Positions 1-11,576 of a DNA stretch of 64,000 bases are shown here, in pieces. Origin of the DNA: an uncultured Verrucomicrobiae bacterium (GTDB lineage: Bacteria > Verrucomicrobiota > Verrucomicrobiia > Limisphaerales > Palsa-1400); NCBI GenBank assembly GCA_963707025.1, contig CAVPOM010000012.1, forward strand, positions 32,001 to 96,000, written 5' to 3'. Each line of letters opens with the position of its first letter. Position 1 is the stretch's first letter. The notes under the pieces are model-generated. The model saw nothing but the letters and a program-made list of their open reading frames with translations, ran no database searches and was not told the origin of the DNA. The translations under genes and the position numbers were made by a program.

Positions 1-15
1 TCGGTTGGATGGGGT

Positions 16-1107
16 TCATTCCCCCACGGTCCAGGTCTCTCCATCCCTGTGAATATGCCACAGCTTGTCGGACAATTCCACCGCCGGGGCGGCTTCATCT
101 TTCGCGTCAATGCCCCGGAACAGCCAGCCTTGCCCGGCCAGCATCAGCCGGTCGCTGCCCTCTTCGGTTTTCCAGCGGTAAATTTCCAGACGCCACGGCT
201 GGCTGCGGGTTTCGGCCAGCGTCGTCCGGCCTTTGCGCACGGCCAGCAGCAGCGAATAGATTTCGACGGCGGCCGGGTCGCGCACCACGCCGAGCAGGCG
301 GCGCTCATCGAAGAAATCCTCGGATTTGGGCAGGGCCTTTTGCACCTGGGCCAGGGTTTTTTCATCTTTTTGCGCCGGCCAGGCGGCCACAATTTTTCCA
401 CCGGTCTTGATCGCCAGGAAGAATTCCTTGCCCCACGGCGAGGGCATTTTGAATTCGCCCGCCGGACCCGCCGGCGTCGCCGCCAACCGCACCAGCGCGC
501 CGCGGGTCAGCGCGGCGATTTCGGAGCCGGGCGCCAACGCCGGCCCTTTGAAAAGCAACGTGGCCGTGGCCGTGCCGGCCACGGTTGGGCCTGCGAAGGA
601 AATGCGGGTGGGATAGACGAGGGACTGCAAGGATTTGCCATCCTCGCCGCGTTGTTTGGAAAGCAGCACCACTTTTTGCGCCGTCTCCCCGCCCTCGATG
701 TAGAGGACGGTCGAGTAAAGATGGCCGGTGAACGATTCACCGCCGGCGAGCAGGACGGTCGCCTGGAGAAAGCGAACCGGATACGGCTCGCCGAAGAATT
801 CCTTGGCGGTCTGGCCCGCCGCTTTGAAGCGCCAGTTGCGATCCATCTCTTCCTTCTCGGGAGAAAGCCGGATTTCGCGCACGCGGTCCAGGTCCAGGAC
901 GCGGATTTGCGGGCCGGATTCAATCCTCAACGCGCCGCCGGCTGTCAACGAAATTTTACCGTCAACCAGGCTGCCGTCGGAGAATTCCACGCGCCCGTCG
1001 CGCGCCTCCTGCGCGCCCGGTGCGGCCCAAGCGGCCCAGGCGAGGAGCGCGGTGGCCAGCACCCGGCTTTTTAATATTTTGGCTGGTTTGTCTTTCGTGA
1101 GCTTCAT
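16..1107 (-). CDS. Secreted hypothetical protein, distal part of the MoxR/vWA operon
   Basis: ORF 16..1233; likely start MKLTKD at 1107, followed by signal-peptide-like VLATALLAWAAWAAPGA; its stop overlaps an ATG (17-19) of a gene running off the window. Confidence 0.7.
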   Translation of the reverse strand: MKLTKDKPAKILKSRVLATALLAWAAWAAPGAQEARDGRVEFSDGSLVDGKISLTAGGALRIESGPQIRVLDLDRVREIRLSPEKEEMDRNWRFKAAGQTAKEFFGEPYPVRFLQATVLLAGGESFTGHLYSTVLYIEGGETAQKVVLLSKQRGEDGKSLQSLVYPTRISFAGPTVAGTATATLLFKGPALAPGSEIAALTRGALVRLAATPAGPAGEFKMPSPWGKEFFLAIKTGGKIVAAWPAQKDEKTLAQVQKALPKSEDFFDERRLLGVVRDPAAVEIYSLLLAVRKGRTTLAETRSQPWRLEIYRWKTEEGSDRLMLAGQGWLFRGIDAKDEAAPAVELSDKLWHIHRDGETWTVGE

Positions 1108-1250
1108 CGTTTCCAAGCGGCCGTTGAGCGCGAGATCCTTGTTTTCCATTCGCTTCAGTCTAATTTCGCCGGCCGAATTACAATTGGCTTGTAACTTCGC
1201 GACGTCTTTTACATCGGAGGCAAAGGTAAGCATAATTCAGCAAGTTGAGT

Positions 1251-1976
1251 TTAAATTGCTCCGTGCTTCCTCATGAAGTCCTGAAGCGGCGGATAGGGAA
1301 TCCGTTTCAACTTTCCGAAATTTGTATCCTTCTCGAAATCCCCGGTGGTCAGCCTCTTTCCCGAGGCGAACCTGCTCATGCTGGTTTTCTTAACGACCTT
1401 CGGGATATCGCCAATCCAACGTCCACCTGCGCTGGCCAAACGTGCGTCGCGCGCACGGACGCACTCGACCATCGAGAACACGCCAATGTCAATGATGTAA
1501 GGAGAACAATCCCCGGCTTCGTCCTCTTTGAGTTGAGCTGCTGCCAGCAAAAGCGCATCGTTCGCTGGGTGAATCACGTCCATCGTGACGTTCTCTTTGA
1601 GACGCGCGCTAGGCTCGCGGGCTGTTGGAGGGCGCTTCATCGGCAAAGAGGGATTGTCAACGAACAGTCCCTTCAACTCCACCCGTTTGCCTGAAGCGTG
1701 GACATAATCTGGATATCCTTCCCGTTGGCCGATTGTGCCCGGGACTTTTGAAAGTCCGATACCTCGAAGCCGCCTTGCGTTTTCCTCATCGGTCGCCAAG
1801 TACTCAATCTGCGGAAGAATTGCGTCCAGTAAGGTGTTCACGATGACTGCTATTTGGCTCGGCTCGAAGCCTGGAAGAGCTTGGTTTGGGATGGAGAGCC
1901 AGTTGATTTTCAGGCCGACGAGCGGCTGGAATACTTGTCTTAGGACTTCCAGTTCAAGAGGGGTGATGTCCGCCAT
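1251..1976 (-). CDS. Putative type II-like restriction endonuclease, PD-(D/E)xK fold
   Basis: 241 aa; motif GYPDY...VELK; directly downstream of MTase and S-like genes; lower GC than flanks. Confidence 0.6.
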   Translation of the reverse strand: MADITPLELEVLRQVFQPLVGLKINWLSIPNQALPGFEPSQIAVIVNTLLDAILPQIEYLATDEENARRLRGIGLSKVPGTIGQREGYPDYVHASGKRVELKGLFVDNPSLPMKRPPTAREPSARLKENVTMDVIHPANDALLLAAAQLKEDEAGDCSPYIIDIGVFSMVECVRARDARLASAGGRWIGDIPKVVKKTSMSRFASGKRLTTGDFEKDTNFGKLKRIPYPPLQDFMRKHGAI

Positions 1977-1979
1977 GAA

Positions 1980-2624
1980 TTACCTTATCGTCGAATTAAG
2001 AAGCTGCTCGGCATCCACGAAATCCCGCCAAGCGCGTTCCGCATAACCACAGAAAAACCGATGGATTTTTTCACGGACTGATTTAAGCGGCACCTCCACA
2101 GGTGTGCGAAGCAGAAGTTCGCGATCCAATCTCGGACGCGTCCCACCAGAACCGATCGGCAGGCTTTGAAGGAATCTCGGCGATTGCAAAAAAGCCCACC
2201 AAAAGTATGTCAGACCGTCCTTTGGAATGATGTGAACAAACTCCGACTTCACCGGAAAAAAGAGGGGTGATGCTTCCCCAAGCCACGCTGCCTTCGGCGT
2301 GACTAGCGCATTGCCCAAGTAGGCTCGCATGGTTCCAAACAATAAGCAGCCCTCGCCGCTGACAGGGATTCGCTCAACTGGGATTCCGGCCGCAACCTCA
2401 AGTGTGAACACCGGAATCGTGCCCCGGTGAATATGCCGATATTCAATTGATAAGTATTTGAGCGCCGCTGTTCGAGGCAGACGGCCCTGGACCTTGTGAA
2501 CGGAGGCGAAATGTTCCAGGGTCTCGTTCTGCGTCTCTTCGCGGTAGGCATACGGATTCCAAACACCAGGCCGCAAGGCATGTGCCTCTACCACCGACAA
2601 AAAAAATGTGCCGTTTTTCTTCAA
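1980..2624 (-). CDS. Half-size HsdS-like specificity subunit (single TRD)
   Basis: 214 aa; GCLLFGTMRAYLGN...SEFVHI...FLQSPRFLQSL...GSGGTRPRL...LLRTPVEVP resembles the type I S TRD/conserved region. Confidence 0.7.
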   Translation of the reverse strand: MKKNGTFFLSVVEAHALRPGVWNPYAYREETQNETLEHFASVHKVQGRLPRTAALKYLSIEYRHIHRGTIPVFTLEVAAGIPVERIPVSGEGCLLFGTMRAYLGNALVTPKAAWLGEASPLFFPVKSEFVHIIPKDGLTYFWWAFLQSPRFLQSLPIGSGGTRPRLDRELLLRTPVEVPLKSVREKIHRFFCGYAERAWRDFVDAEQLLNSTIR

Positions 2625-2631
2625 GTGGTGG

Positions 2632-3900
2632 TCAAGCCGGTGCGTTGTTGCATTCCAAGACGCGTGGGTCGCCCGCGATTAAATCCAAGGAGTTTTCGCC
2701 AAAATAAGTCGTGCGAGAATTCAGGGGGAAGCCTACCGTCGGCGCATTGGCAAAAAACGTCTTTTGAGTTTGCTGGTGGCGTGCTGTTTTCTTCCGCAGA
2801 TGAACAATGTCCGCGCGCGTTGTTGTATTCCCAGTGAGGTAGAAAACACCTTCCGGCAGCGTGACGATACCGCAAAGCTCCCAATGCCGTTCCACGCAGC
2901 GCCGTAATTGGTCAAACTCCGAATTGACCACCAACGAATGCGGCAGCAGGCATGCCAAGCGGCCGCCGGGGGCGAGCAGGTCCAAGCAGACATCCAAAAA
3001 AAGCGCATCGCTGGTGCGGTAGCCGAGTCCGAATAGCTCACCCGGCATCGCAACCTTCTGGAGCGGGAGAGAGAATGGAGGATTTGCCAGTATTCCACTA
3101 ACCCTGCCGCGAAGATTTCGCAATTCGGCATCCACGTCGTAGAGATTAAAGCACGAGAATGCTAATTCGTGATGAGGTGGCGCGGAAAGCGCCAAAACCA
3201 ACTCCGTCAATCCAACCAGCATTCGGTCAACATCGTTGCCCACCAACTGGCACGGCGTGTCACCCCAACGATGGGACGCCTCACAAAGAAACGTGCCGCC
3301 GCCACAAGTCAGATCTGCCACAATCGCCCCTGCATGAATCGGAAGAAACCTAGCCATGGCCACAGCGATGGTTCGTGGCGTGAAAAACTTCCCCGAACCT
3401 TCCCTAAAACGACGTCCCAAAAAGAACTGGTACCATGTCGGCAATTCGCGCCCTTTGGGGTCCCCCGCCACAACTCCGTCCAGGATCGAAAGAACCTGTT
3501 TGTCGTGTGCCACGATATTCAAACCGGCAATTCCTCGCTCGACAGGGAAGAAGGAAAAGTCGCGGCGTGCTGCTTTCTGCGTATCCAAATAACGGGAAGC
3601 TAGGACAAGAAAGGCATCTTCCCCTTCAATACCGTATCTTCTGAGAGCGTTGTGCAACGCAACCGATGTGGAAGTCCCGACGGACGGGTCACTTGTCTGG
3701 TTCACTCCATCAAATCCATTCAATTGGGCTTGCACGGATCGAATCGGCATTCCATAGGAAGCACCCTCTTCCTTCAGTTTTGCGACACGGTGTTTGCGAA
3801 TCGTATATCTAATCGCAGGCTTGTGATTTTCGGTTGCGCGCTTCGATGTCATGGCCTTCGTCGAGTTTATGATTTCAGCCATATTCTTGGACCTTGGCAC
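2632..3900 (-). CDS. N6-adenine DNA methyltransferase, HsdM-like
   Basis: GKFFTPR (motif X), DLTCGGGTFL (motif I), ANPPF (motif IV), LAPGGRLACLLP, LPEGVF. Confidence 0.9.
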   Translation of the reverse strand: MPRSKNMAEIINSTKAMTSKRATENHKPAIRYTIRKHRVAKLKEEGASYGMPIRSVQAQLNGFDGVNQTSDPSVGTSTSVALHNALRRYGIEGEDAFLVLASRYLDTQKAARRDFSFFPVERGIAGLNIVAHDKQVLSILDGVVAGDPKGRELPTWYQFFLGRRFREGSGKFFTPRTIAVAMARFLPIHAGAIVADLTCGGGTFLCEASHRWGDTPCQLVGNDVDRMLVGLTELVLALSAPPHHELAFSCFNLYDVDAELRNLRGRVSGILANPPFSLPLQKVAMPGELFGLGYRTSDALFLDVCLDLLAPGGRLACLLPHSLVVNSEFDQLRRCVERHWELCGIVTLPEGVFYLTGNTTTRADIVHLRKKTARHQQTQKTFFANAPTVGFPLNSRTTYFGENSLDLIAGDPRVLECNNAPA

Positions 3901-4018
3901 ACGAAGTTACGAGCTTTTTTTTACATTCCATTCCGGGCTCTCGCTGAAATCGCCGCGGGTAAAGACGCGGCAAGTTCGCGTGGGTTTAAGGGTCAGGCTC
4001 GGCATGGAGTTGTATTAT

Positions 4019-6217
4019 TCAGAACAGGTTGACTTTGCGGCGCAGCGTCCATTCCAACACCAGGACCGCCAGGAAGACAAGAACAAACCAGGGGCCGGCC
4101 TCGACCAGGGAGGATTCCTCGACCGCAATCTTGCGCAGAGGACGGCTGGCGATCCGCTCCAGGAATTGTCCCGCGTCGCCTTCGCGGAAATAAACGCCGC
4201 CGCCGAGGGCGGCGACGCGTTTGAGGAAAACTTCGTCCAACTCCAGGCGCGATCCTTCCTCCACCCGCGGCGCAATGGGAAAGGTTTTTTCGTAGGCCTC
4301 CAGAACCCGGTCGCCCTGATAGGCGACCAGGCGAAAATCATAATCGCCCCGGTCGCGAAAGCGCGCTTTGACTTGAAAGGTTTGCGGCTGCCCTGGCAGC
4401 GGAGCCACCTCGACCGCCGTGCTTTGGTTGCTTCTTGACAGGGAGGCCGTGAAGCGCAACACCCCCGCCCCGGCGCCGAGCACCCGAATCTCGCCGGCCG
4501 CCTGATCGCCGGGCCGGTAAAAGTCCTTGTCCCAGCGCACGGCCAGGTTCTGCCCGCCTTCGGTTTTGCCGGTGAGATTGCGCACGGCCTGCCGCCAGAA
4601 AAGCCCGTAGGCCGAGCGGATGGGTTCGGGCTGCAAAGCCCATTTCCACAAGGTGTCGGTCGCGATGCCCATGACTTTGCCCTTGCCAAAGGGCTGCAAG
4701 GCGACCGCCGCCACGCCGCGGTCGCCCAATTGCGCCGTGAGCAGGGCCGTGGCGTTGGGCTTGAGTTCGCCCACCCGGTTCAGGCTGTCCAGGCGGACTG
4801 CGGCTCGCGTCACCGTGTCTTCGACCGTCGCCAGGATGGGGTGGCCCGTGGCCATCGGCGGCACGCGCACGGCGAAGGAGCCTTGCGCCGGCGGCGGTTC
4901 TTGCGACGAAAGCCGCCAGGGAAAGAGAACCTCCAGCGGGCTGCCCGCATAACCGCCCCGGCCGAAGGATTCGTCGCCGCCCAGGAAAATCAGCGTCCCG
5001 CCCTCCTCGACAAATTGAATCAGGGCCTGCATCTGCCGCGGCGTGGCTTGCTGGGCGGGAAAGGAACCGATGACGATCACGTCGTAGGGCTTGAGTCCGT
5101 CTTTGCTCGCCGGCAGCCCCGCCGCCAGGGCGTCATCGCCGGACACGCGGTCGCCTTGCAGCGTGAAGCGCGAGCCGGCGCTGCGGAACAAGGCGGTGAA
5201 AGACAGGCCGGGATCGCGCCCCAACTCGTTGCGCAACATTTTGAATTCCTGCCCCAACTCGAGCGTGAAATAGAGCACATGCAGCGCCTTCTTTTGCACG
5301 TTCACGGCCACCGTGCGCGAGTTGTTGAGCGTGGATAGCTCGCCGCTGGCCGGCTGGATCGTCACCCGGTAGCGCTGCACGCCCAGTTGGCTGCTCCGGG
5401 CGGACAGGCGCAGATGGGCGCTCAAATTCGACAGGTCCACGTTGGTATCGCTGACTTTTTCCCAACTGGCGCCGGCCGCGTGCTCCAATAAAACACGGGT
5501 GTGCGCCGCGGCCTGGTTGAAACCGGCGCCATGTCCGGTGCGGGCCAGGAGGTCTGCGCTGATTTCAAAATCCGTGTCTTTCTCGGCCGTCGCCGGCGCC
5601 TGCACATCGGTGATGGCCAAGTCGTTCCACGTCGCCGGGTCCGTTCCCATGCCCACGATGGAAAGAGGGATTTTCGGCAGCGTCAGGTCTTCGATGGCTT
5701 CATCTCCGCCGTCGGTGAGCAGGACGACGCCGAGATAAGAGGCCAAATCGCCGCGTTCGGAAAGCCCCAGCAAACAACCGCCCAGATCGGTGCCGCGAAT
5801 CGTTGCCGCCGGGGCCTGGCCCGGATTGTGGATCGTGGTGTCGAAGGCCAATTCATCGAGCGTGACGCCGGCGGGGAGCGATTTTTTCCATTGCTCGACA
5901 ATGGCCCGGGCACGGGCCGCGCGCGACTGGCGGTAATCGTCCGCCACATCCATCGAAGAAGAAGAATCCAAGAGCGCCAGCAGCCTGCCTTTGGCCGGCT
6001 CGGATTTCTGGAGCCTGGAAACCGGGTCGAAGAGCGCCAGCAACAGCAGCAGCAAGGTGATCCACTTGGGCAGCGCCAGCCAGCGCGCGGCCAGGGGGAC
6101 CCGCCGGCGCAGACGCCCCCACAGCAGCCATCCCCACGCCGCCAGGGCCAGGAGGAGCGCCGCGCACCAGAACGGCGCCAGTCGCGGATGCCATTGGATG
6201 GCGGCCAGCAAGATCAC
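4019..6217 (-). CDS. Membrane protein with vWA and glutamine-amidotransferase-like domains
   Basis: 732 aa; N-terminal TM helices, LDSSSSM MIDAS, LLTDGG, FVEEGGTLIFLGG, C-terminal LEWTLRRK. Confidence 0.85.
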   Translation of the reverse strand: MILLAAIQWHPRLAPFWCAALLLALAAWGWLLWGRLRRRVPLAARWLALPKWITLLLLLLALFDPVSRLQKSEPAKGRLLALLDSSSSMDVADDYRQSRAARARAIVEQWKKSLPAGVTLDELAFDTTIHNPGQAPAATIRGTDLGGCLLGLSERGDLASYLGVVLLTDGGDEAIEDLTLPKIPLSIVGMGTDPATWNDLAITDVQAPATAEKDTDFEISADLLARTGHGAGFNQAAAHTRVLLEHAAGASWEKVSDTNVDLSNLSAHLRLSARSSQLGVQRYRVTIQPASGELSTLNNSRTVAVNVQKKALHVLYFTLELGQEFKMLRNELGRDPGLSFTALFRSAGSRFTLQGDRVSGDDALAAGLPASKDGLKPYDVIVIGSFPAQQATPRQMQALIQFVEEGGTLIFLGGDESFGRGGYAGSPLEVLFPWRLSSQEPPPAQGSFAVRVPPMATGHPILATVEDTVTRAAVRLDSLNRVGELKPNATALLTAQLGDRGVAAVALQPFGKGKVMGIATDTLWKWALQPEPIRSAYGLFWRQAVRNLTGKTEGGQNLAVRWDKDFYRPGDQAAGEIRVLGAGAGVLRFTASLSRSNQSTAVEVAPLPGQPQTFQVKARFRDRGDYDFRLVAYQGDRVLEAYEKTFPIAPRVEEGSRLELDEVFLKRVAALGGGVYFREGDAGQFLERIASRPLRKIAVEESSLVEAGPWFVLVFLAVLVLEWTLRRKVNLF

Positions 6218-6238
6218 TCGCCAGTATGTAGGTTGCTT

Positions 6239-6514
6239 CTATCCCTTGTAAAGGTCATGCGTGCCAATGGACACGGACCAGACGTTTTCGCCCTCAAGGT
6301 AGAATGTCGCCCGCAAATCGCCCGCGATGTCCACCGCGTAGATGGTGCGGCCATATACAGCGGAGAGCCTATGAATCTTGTGCGTCCGCAAGCGCGGATC
6401 GAATGGGTTGGCTTTGAAAATCGGGAACGCCAGCCGCGCTGCCCGCTGCTGGACTTCTGAGAGCCGGCTCCAACTGCGCCAAAAGGACTTTGCGGCGCGA
6501 AAGCGATAGTTCAT
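6239..6514 (-). CDS. RelE/ParE-superfamily toxin
   Basis: 91 aa basic protein; F..NPFDPRLRTHKI...DLRATF...SIGTHDLY. Confidence 0.75.
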   Translation of the reverse strand: MNYRFRAAKSFWRSWSRLSEVQQRAARLAFPIFKANPFDPRLRTHKIHRLSAVYGRTIYAVDIAGDLRATFYLEGENVWSVSIGTHDLYKG

Positions 6515-6705
6515 TGGCCGCCCGGATACGGCTCATTCAACGCGGTGTCTAAATCCACCACGCGGCTGGCGGCGATGTCAGCCATGCCTTGCTTGAACTC
6601 TTCTGGAATCCAGGAATCATCGGATTCGACTACGAATTTAGTTACCTGCGCCCGTTCGTCTGATGGCAGGGCTTTAATCTGCTCAATAATCTCCTGTGCG
6701 CTCAT
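6511..6705 (-). CDS. Putative antitoxin (addiction module component)
   Basis: MSAQEIIEQIKALPSDERAQV...; acidic, 64 aa; ATGA overlap with the toxin. Confidence 0.7.
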   Translation of the reverse strand: MSAQEIIEQIKALPSDERAQVTKFVVESDDSWIPEEFKQGMADIAASRVVDLDTALNEPYPGGQ

Positions 6706-6747
6706 GTTTCCAATCTTCCACAAATGTTCCCGTCCAGCAAGTTGCAA

Positions 6748-6795
6748 TCACAACTCCTGCACCAGATCGAAAAGAACATTCGTGTCAACGGCTAG
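6748..6795 (-). pseudogene. PIN/VapC N-terminal remnant
   Basis: Minus strand reads LAVDTNVLFDLVQEL* (the VapC DTNVL motif) and stops early. Confidence 0.35.
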
Positions 6796-6882
6796 ATGAG
6801 AGAGCGGAGTAGTGACTCGGGAAACGCCTCCACGCGGCAAACCCCATGTTCTTGAATCCACCGAAGATTCCCAGGCGCGAAA

Positions 6883-8952
6883 TTAAGGCACAGCGGCGGC
6901 GCGGGGCTTCATGGGCGGGGGGTTGGCCAGCCAGCCTTCCAAACCCAGGCAGGCAAAGGCCAGCAGCAGCATGGGCAAACTCAAATCCAGCGACCGTTCC
7001 TGCCGGCTAAATTGCGACGGCGTGTTTTCGGTCGCGGAAAAAGCTTCCACCGAATAGGGCAGGTTTCCCAGCGCCGCCAGCGTGTCGCCGGAAATGAATT
7101 TGCGGCGGCCTTCCTTTTCCGAAGACCGCACCGCCACCCAGCGGGTTTCCTGGCCCAGGTGCAAGGCATACACGCCGACGCGCGGGAAGGTGGTGAATTG
7201 GCCGGCCGGGCCTTTCCAGTCCAACGGGCTGCCGCCGAGCGATTGGACCACGAGGGAAGCAGCGCCGCCCGGCAGCCCGGTCAAGGCTTCGCCCGCCACC
7301 AGCGAGGTGATGCTGGCCGGCGCGCCCGCGTGATTGAGCACCATGCCTTGCGCGAGCGCGACGAACGCCGGCTTGAGCGGCAGGGTGCTCCACGCCGGAT
7401 CAAACGCCAGACCGCTGGCCAGCAGCAGGCCCTGCCCCACGTTCTGCGCCGCCAGCATAATCTTGCCGTCCTCCAATCCGAGAAGCGGCGCGGCTTGGGC
7501 CGCAACACGCAACGGCAGAAACCGAAACACCTTGACGTTGCGCAAGGCAATTTCGCCTTTTTCGTCGCGCAGATCGTCGAAGAGGGCGCTGGCTTTGTCC
7601 AGGACCGTCAGCGCCAGGCCGTTGGATGAGCCTTGCTGGCTCTCCGGGGCAATGGCCAGCCAATCCGGTTTTGTTCCCCCGCCGGCCTGAACTCCCGGAG
7701 ACGGCGCGAGCAACGCGGTTCCTCCCTTCAGCAGGAACTGGTGCAACGCGTTGAGCCGCGCGGCGGCATCCGGGCCAGTCTGCATGGCGTCCCACGGCAG
7801 GACCACAAAGCTCGCGCGGTTGCCGGCGGCAAAGGAATCAAAAGTGGAAAAGGAAGTGGCCAATCCCGACAAACGGCCATCGCCGCCGGGCGACAACGCC
7901 AGCGGCAGGTAGCCGAAGTCCGCCGGACTGCCGAGGAACAGCACTGATTGTTGTTCCACGCCGACGAAGGCCGTGGCCGCGCGGTTGTCGGCGGGGAAAT
8001 CATCGCCGTCGAGCGAGAACAGGACCCAGCGCAGGCCGGGATTGGGCGCCACCAGAGTGACCGTGGCATTGCTCTGCTCTTGCGACGGAACGGTGACATC
8101 CACGCCGCCGCGATTGCCGGCGTCGTCGAGCCAATTCAATCGCACCTGGGCGGTGCCCAGCCCCGGGTTGGCCAATTGCACTTGCACCGGAAACCGCCGG
8201 CCGGCGACGACCGGCCGGGCCGGCATCTCCAGCTGCGTCAGCGAGACGTTGGGCCGCCCGGATGAAGGCGAAGCGACGCGGTGAACGACCAGGCCGAGGC
8301 CGCGTGGCGGCGCGGGCGGACTGACCGGAGGCTGGCCCCATTTCTCCTGCTGCAAATCGGAAAAGATCTGGATTTCCCGGCGGGCGGCGCCGCCGGTGTC
8401 GAACATTCTCATCGCCCGGTCCACGGCGGCGGCGACGCTGCCGCTGGCTTCGGTTTCGGCGATGCCGTCGAGCGCCAGTTTGAGAGCGGCCTTGTCCTGC
8501 GTCAGCCCGGCCGGCAGGGGCGCCGCCGGATCGGGCACCAGGAGAACGATCCCGGCGCGGTCCGAAGCGCGCAGTTCCGCCAGGAGGTCGCGCGCGCCAT
8601 CCAGCGCCTGCTTGAGTTTGGTCCGTCCGCCTTCGCCGGAGCCGCTCATCGAACCGGAATTGTCAATCAGCAGCACGACGGCCACCTCCCCCGCCTGGCC
8701 GTGGCCGAACCAAACCGGCCGGGCCAGCGCCAGCAACAGGAACAGAATGAGCAGGGTGCGCAAGAGCAGGATGAGCCATTCGCGCAGGCGCCGGCGCGCG
8801 TTGAGCTTGGGATCGAGGCGATGAAAAAACATCAAGGTTGGAAACGGGCGCGTTTGTCTTTTCAGGCGGAAGAAGAAATGAAACACGACCGGCAGCGCGG
8901 CCAGCGGCAGCAACGAAAGGAAGAGCGGATTAAGGGCGGTCAGGCCGGTCAT
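6883..8952 (-). CDS. BatA N-terminal + vWA domain membrane protein
   Basis: LNPLFL..LPLAALPVVFHFFFR...FPTLMF...LLLRTL...ARP (BatA); IDNSGSM MIDAS; C-terminal TM ending EGWLA. Confidence 0.9.
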   Translation of the reverse strand: MTGLTALNPLFLSLLPLAALPVVFHFFFRLKRQTRPFPTLMFFHRLDPKLNARRRLREWLILLLRTLLILFLLLALARPVWFGHGQAGEVAVVLLIDNSGSMSGSGEGGRTKLKQALDGARDLLAELRASDRAGIVLLVPDPAAPLPAGLTQDKAALKLALDGIAETEASGSVAAAVDRAMRMFDTGGAARREIQIFSDLQQEKWGQPPVSPPAPPRGLGLVVHRVASPSSGRPNVSLTQLEMPARPVVAGRRFPVQVQLANPGLGTAQVRLNWLDDAGNRGGVDVTVPSQEQSNATVTLVAPNPGLRWVLFSLDGDDFPADNRAATAFVGVEQQSVLFLGSPADFGYLPLALSPGGDGRLSGLATSFSTFDSFAAGNRASFVVLPWDAMQTGPDAAARLNALHQFLLKGGTALLAPSPGVQAGGGTKPDWLAIAPESQQGSSNGLALTVLDKASALFDDLRDEKGEIALRNVKVFRFLPLRVAAQAAPLLGLEDGKIMLAAQNVGQGLLLASGLAFDPAWSTLPLKPAFVALAQGMVLNHAGAPASITSLVAGEALTGLPGGAASLVVQSLGGSPLDWKGPAGQFTTFPRVGVYALHLGQETRWVAVRSSEKEGRRKFISGDTLAALGNLPYSVEAFSATENTPSQFSRQERSLDLSLPMLLLAFACLGLEGWLANPPPMKPRAAAVP

Positions 8953-9836
8953 AGCTGGCCAAATTTGGCGTGCAACGTCTCCTCCACCGGCGTGCGCGTG
9001 TCAATCAGAAAATAATCCGCCAGGCTCCCCAGGCAGCCGCGCCGGATTTCATCCAGATATTTCCGCACCTCGTTGGCGTAGGCTTCCCGGATTTCCCCGG
9101 CTTCCACCGGCAGGCGCGCGCCGGTTTCCAGTTCGCGCAATTCGGCCAGGCCGCCGAAGCTCAGGCTCAACTCCGCCGCGTCCAGGGGCTGCAAAACCAG
9201 GACCTCGTGCTGGTTGTGGCGCAGGTGCTGAATGCCGCGAATGATGCCGGACGGCTCGGCCAAAAGGTCGGAAATCAAAATCACCAGGCTGCGCCGCTGG
9301 ATTTTTTCCGCCGTTTGGTGGAGGGCCTGTTCGATTTGGCTGCGTCCGGCCGGCTTGATCTCTTCCAGCGCCAGGAGCATGGGCCGCAGGCCGTCCAGCG
9401 AACCGACGGGCGGGAAGGTCCGCCGGATTTCATCGTTGAACAGGGTGAGCGCGGCCGAATCGGACTGGCCGAGCAAAATCAGCATGAGCGCGGCGGCCAG
9501 ATAGCAGGCGTAATCCATTTTCGAGTGCCGCCCGGCCTCGCGGAACACCATGCTTTCCGAGATGTCCAGCAGGAAGTGGGCGCGCAGATTGGTCTCTTCC
9601 TGATACCGGCGGATGACATAGCGGTCGCTGCGGGCGTAGATCGCCCAGTCAATCAGGCTGGGCGGGTCGCCCGGCGCGTATTCGCGGTAATCGGCGAACT
9701 CCACCGAGGAACCGTGGTGCGGGGAGCGATGCAACCCCTGCATCGCGCCTTCCACCGGCCGCCGCACTGCCAGGCCCAGGCCGCGCAGGCGCTCGGCCAA
9801 TTCCGGCGGGAGAAATTTGTAGGCGGGCGCGTTCAC
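8949..9836 (-). CDS. DUF58 domain protein
   Basis: GLHRSPHHGSSVEFADYREYAPGD...IDW...YQEETNL. Confidence 0.92.
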   Translation of the reverse strand: MNAPAYKFLPPELAERLRGLGLAVRRPVEGAMQGLHRSPHHGSSVEFADYREYAPGDPPSLIDWAIYARSDRYVIRRYQEETNLRAHFLLDISESMVFREAGRHSKMDYACYLAAALMLILLGQSDSAALTLFNDEIRRTFPPVGSLDGLRPMLLALEEIKPAGRSQIEQALHQTAEKIQRRSLVILISDLLAEPSGIIRGIQHLRHNQHEVLVLQPLDAAELSLSFGGLAELRELETGARLPVEAGEIREAYANEVRKYLDEIRRGCLGSLADYFLIDTRTPVEETLHAKFGQL

Positions 9837-9878
9837 CGAACCTCTCTTGTCCTGTTACAGAAATGACTTCACAACCAA

Positions 9879-9928
9879 CCCCTCTCCCTGCCTTGCGGGG
9901 AGCGGGTGGCCGCAGGCCGGATGAGGGG
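9879..9928. repeat. REP-like palindromic element (CCCCTCTCCC...GGGGAGCGGG...GAGGGG)
   Basis: Imperfect hairpin in the intergenic space between moxR and DUF58. Confidence 0.55.
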
Positions 9929-9958
9929 TGGCTGTAAAGGTTTCATTGCAACACAACC

Positions 9959-11569
<1,611 letters not shown>

Positions 11570-11576
11570 GGAAAGG

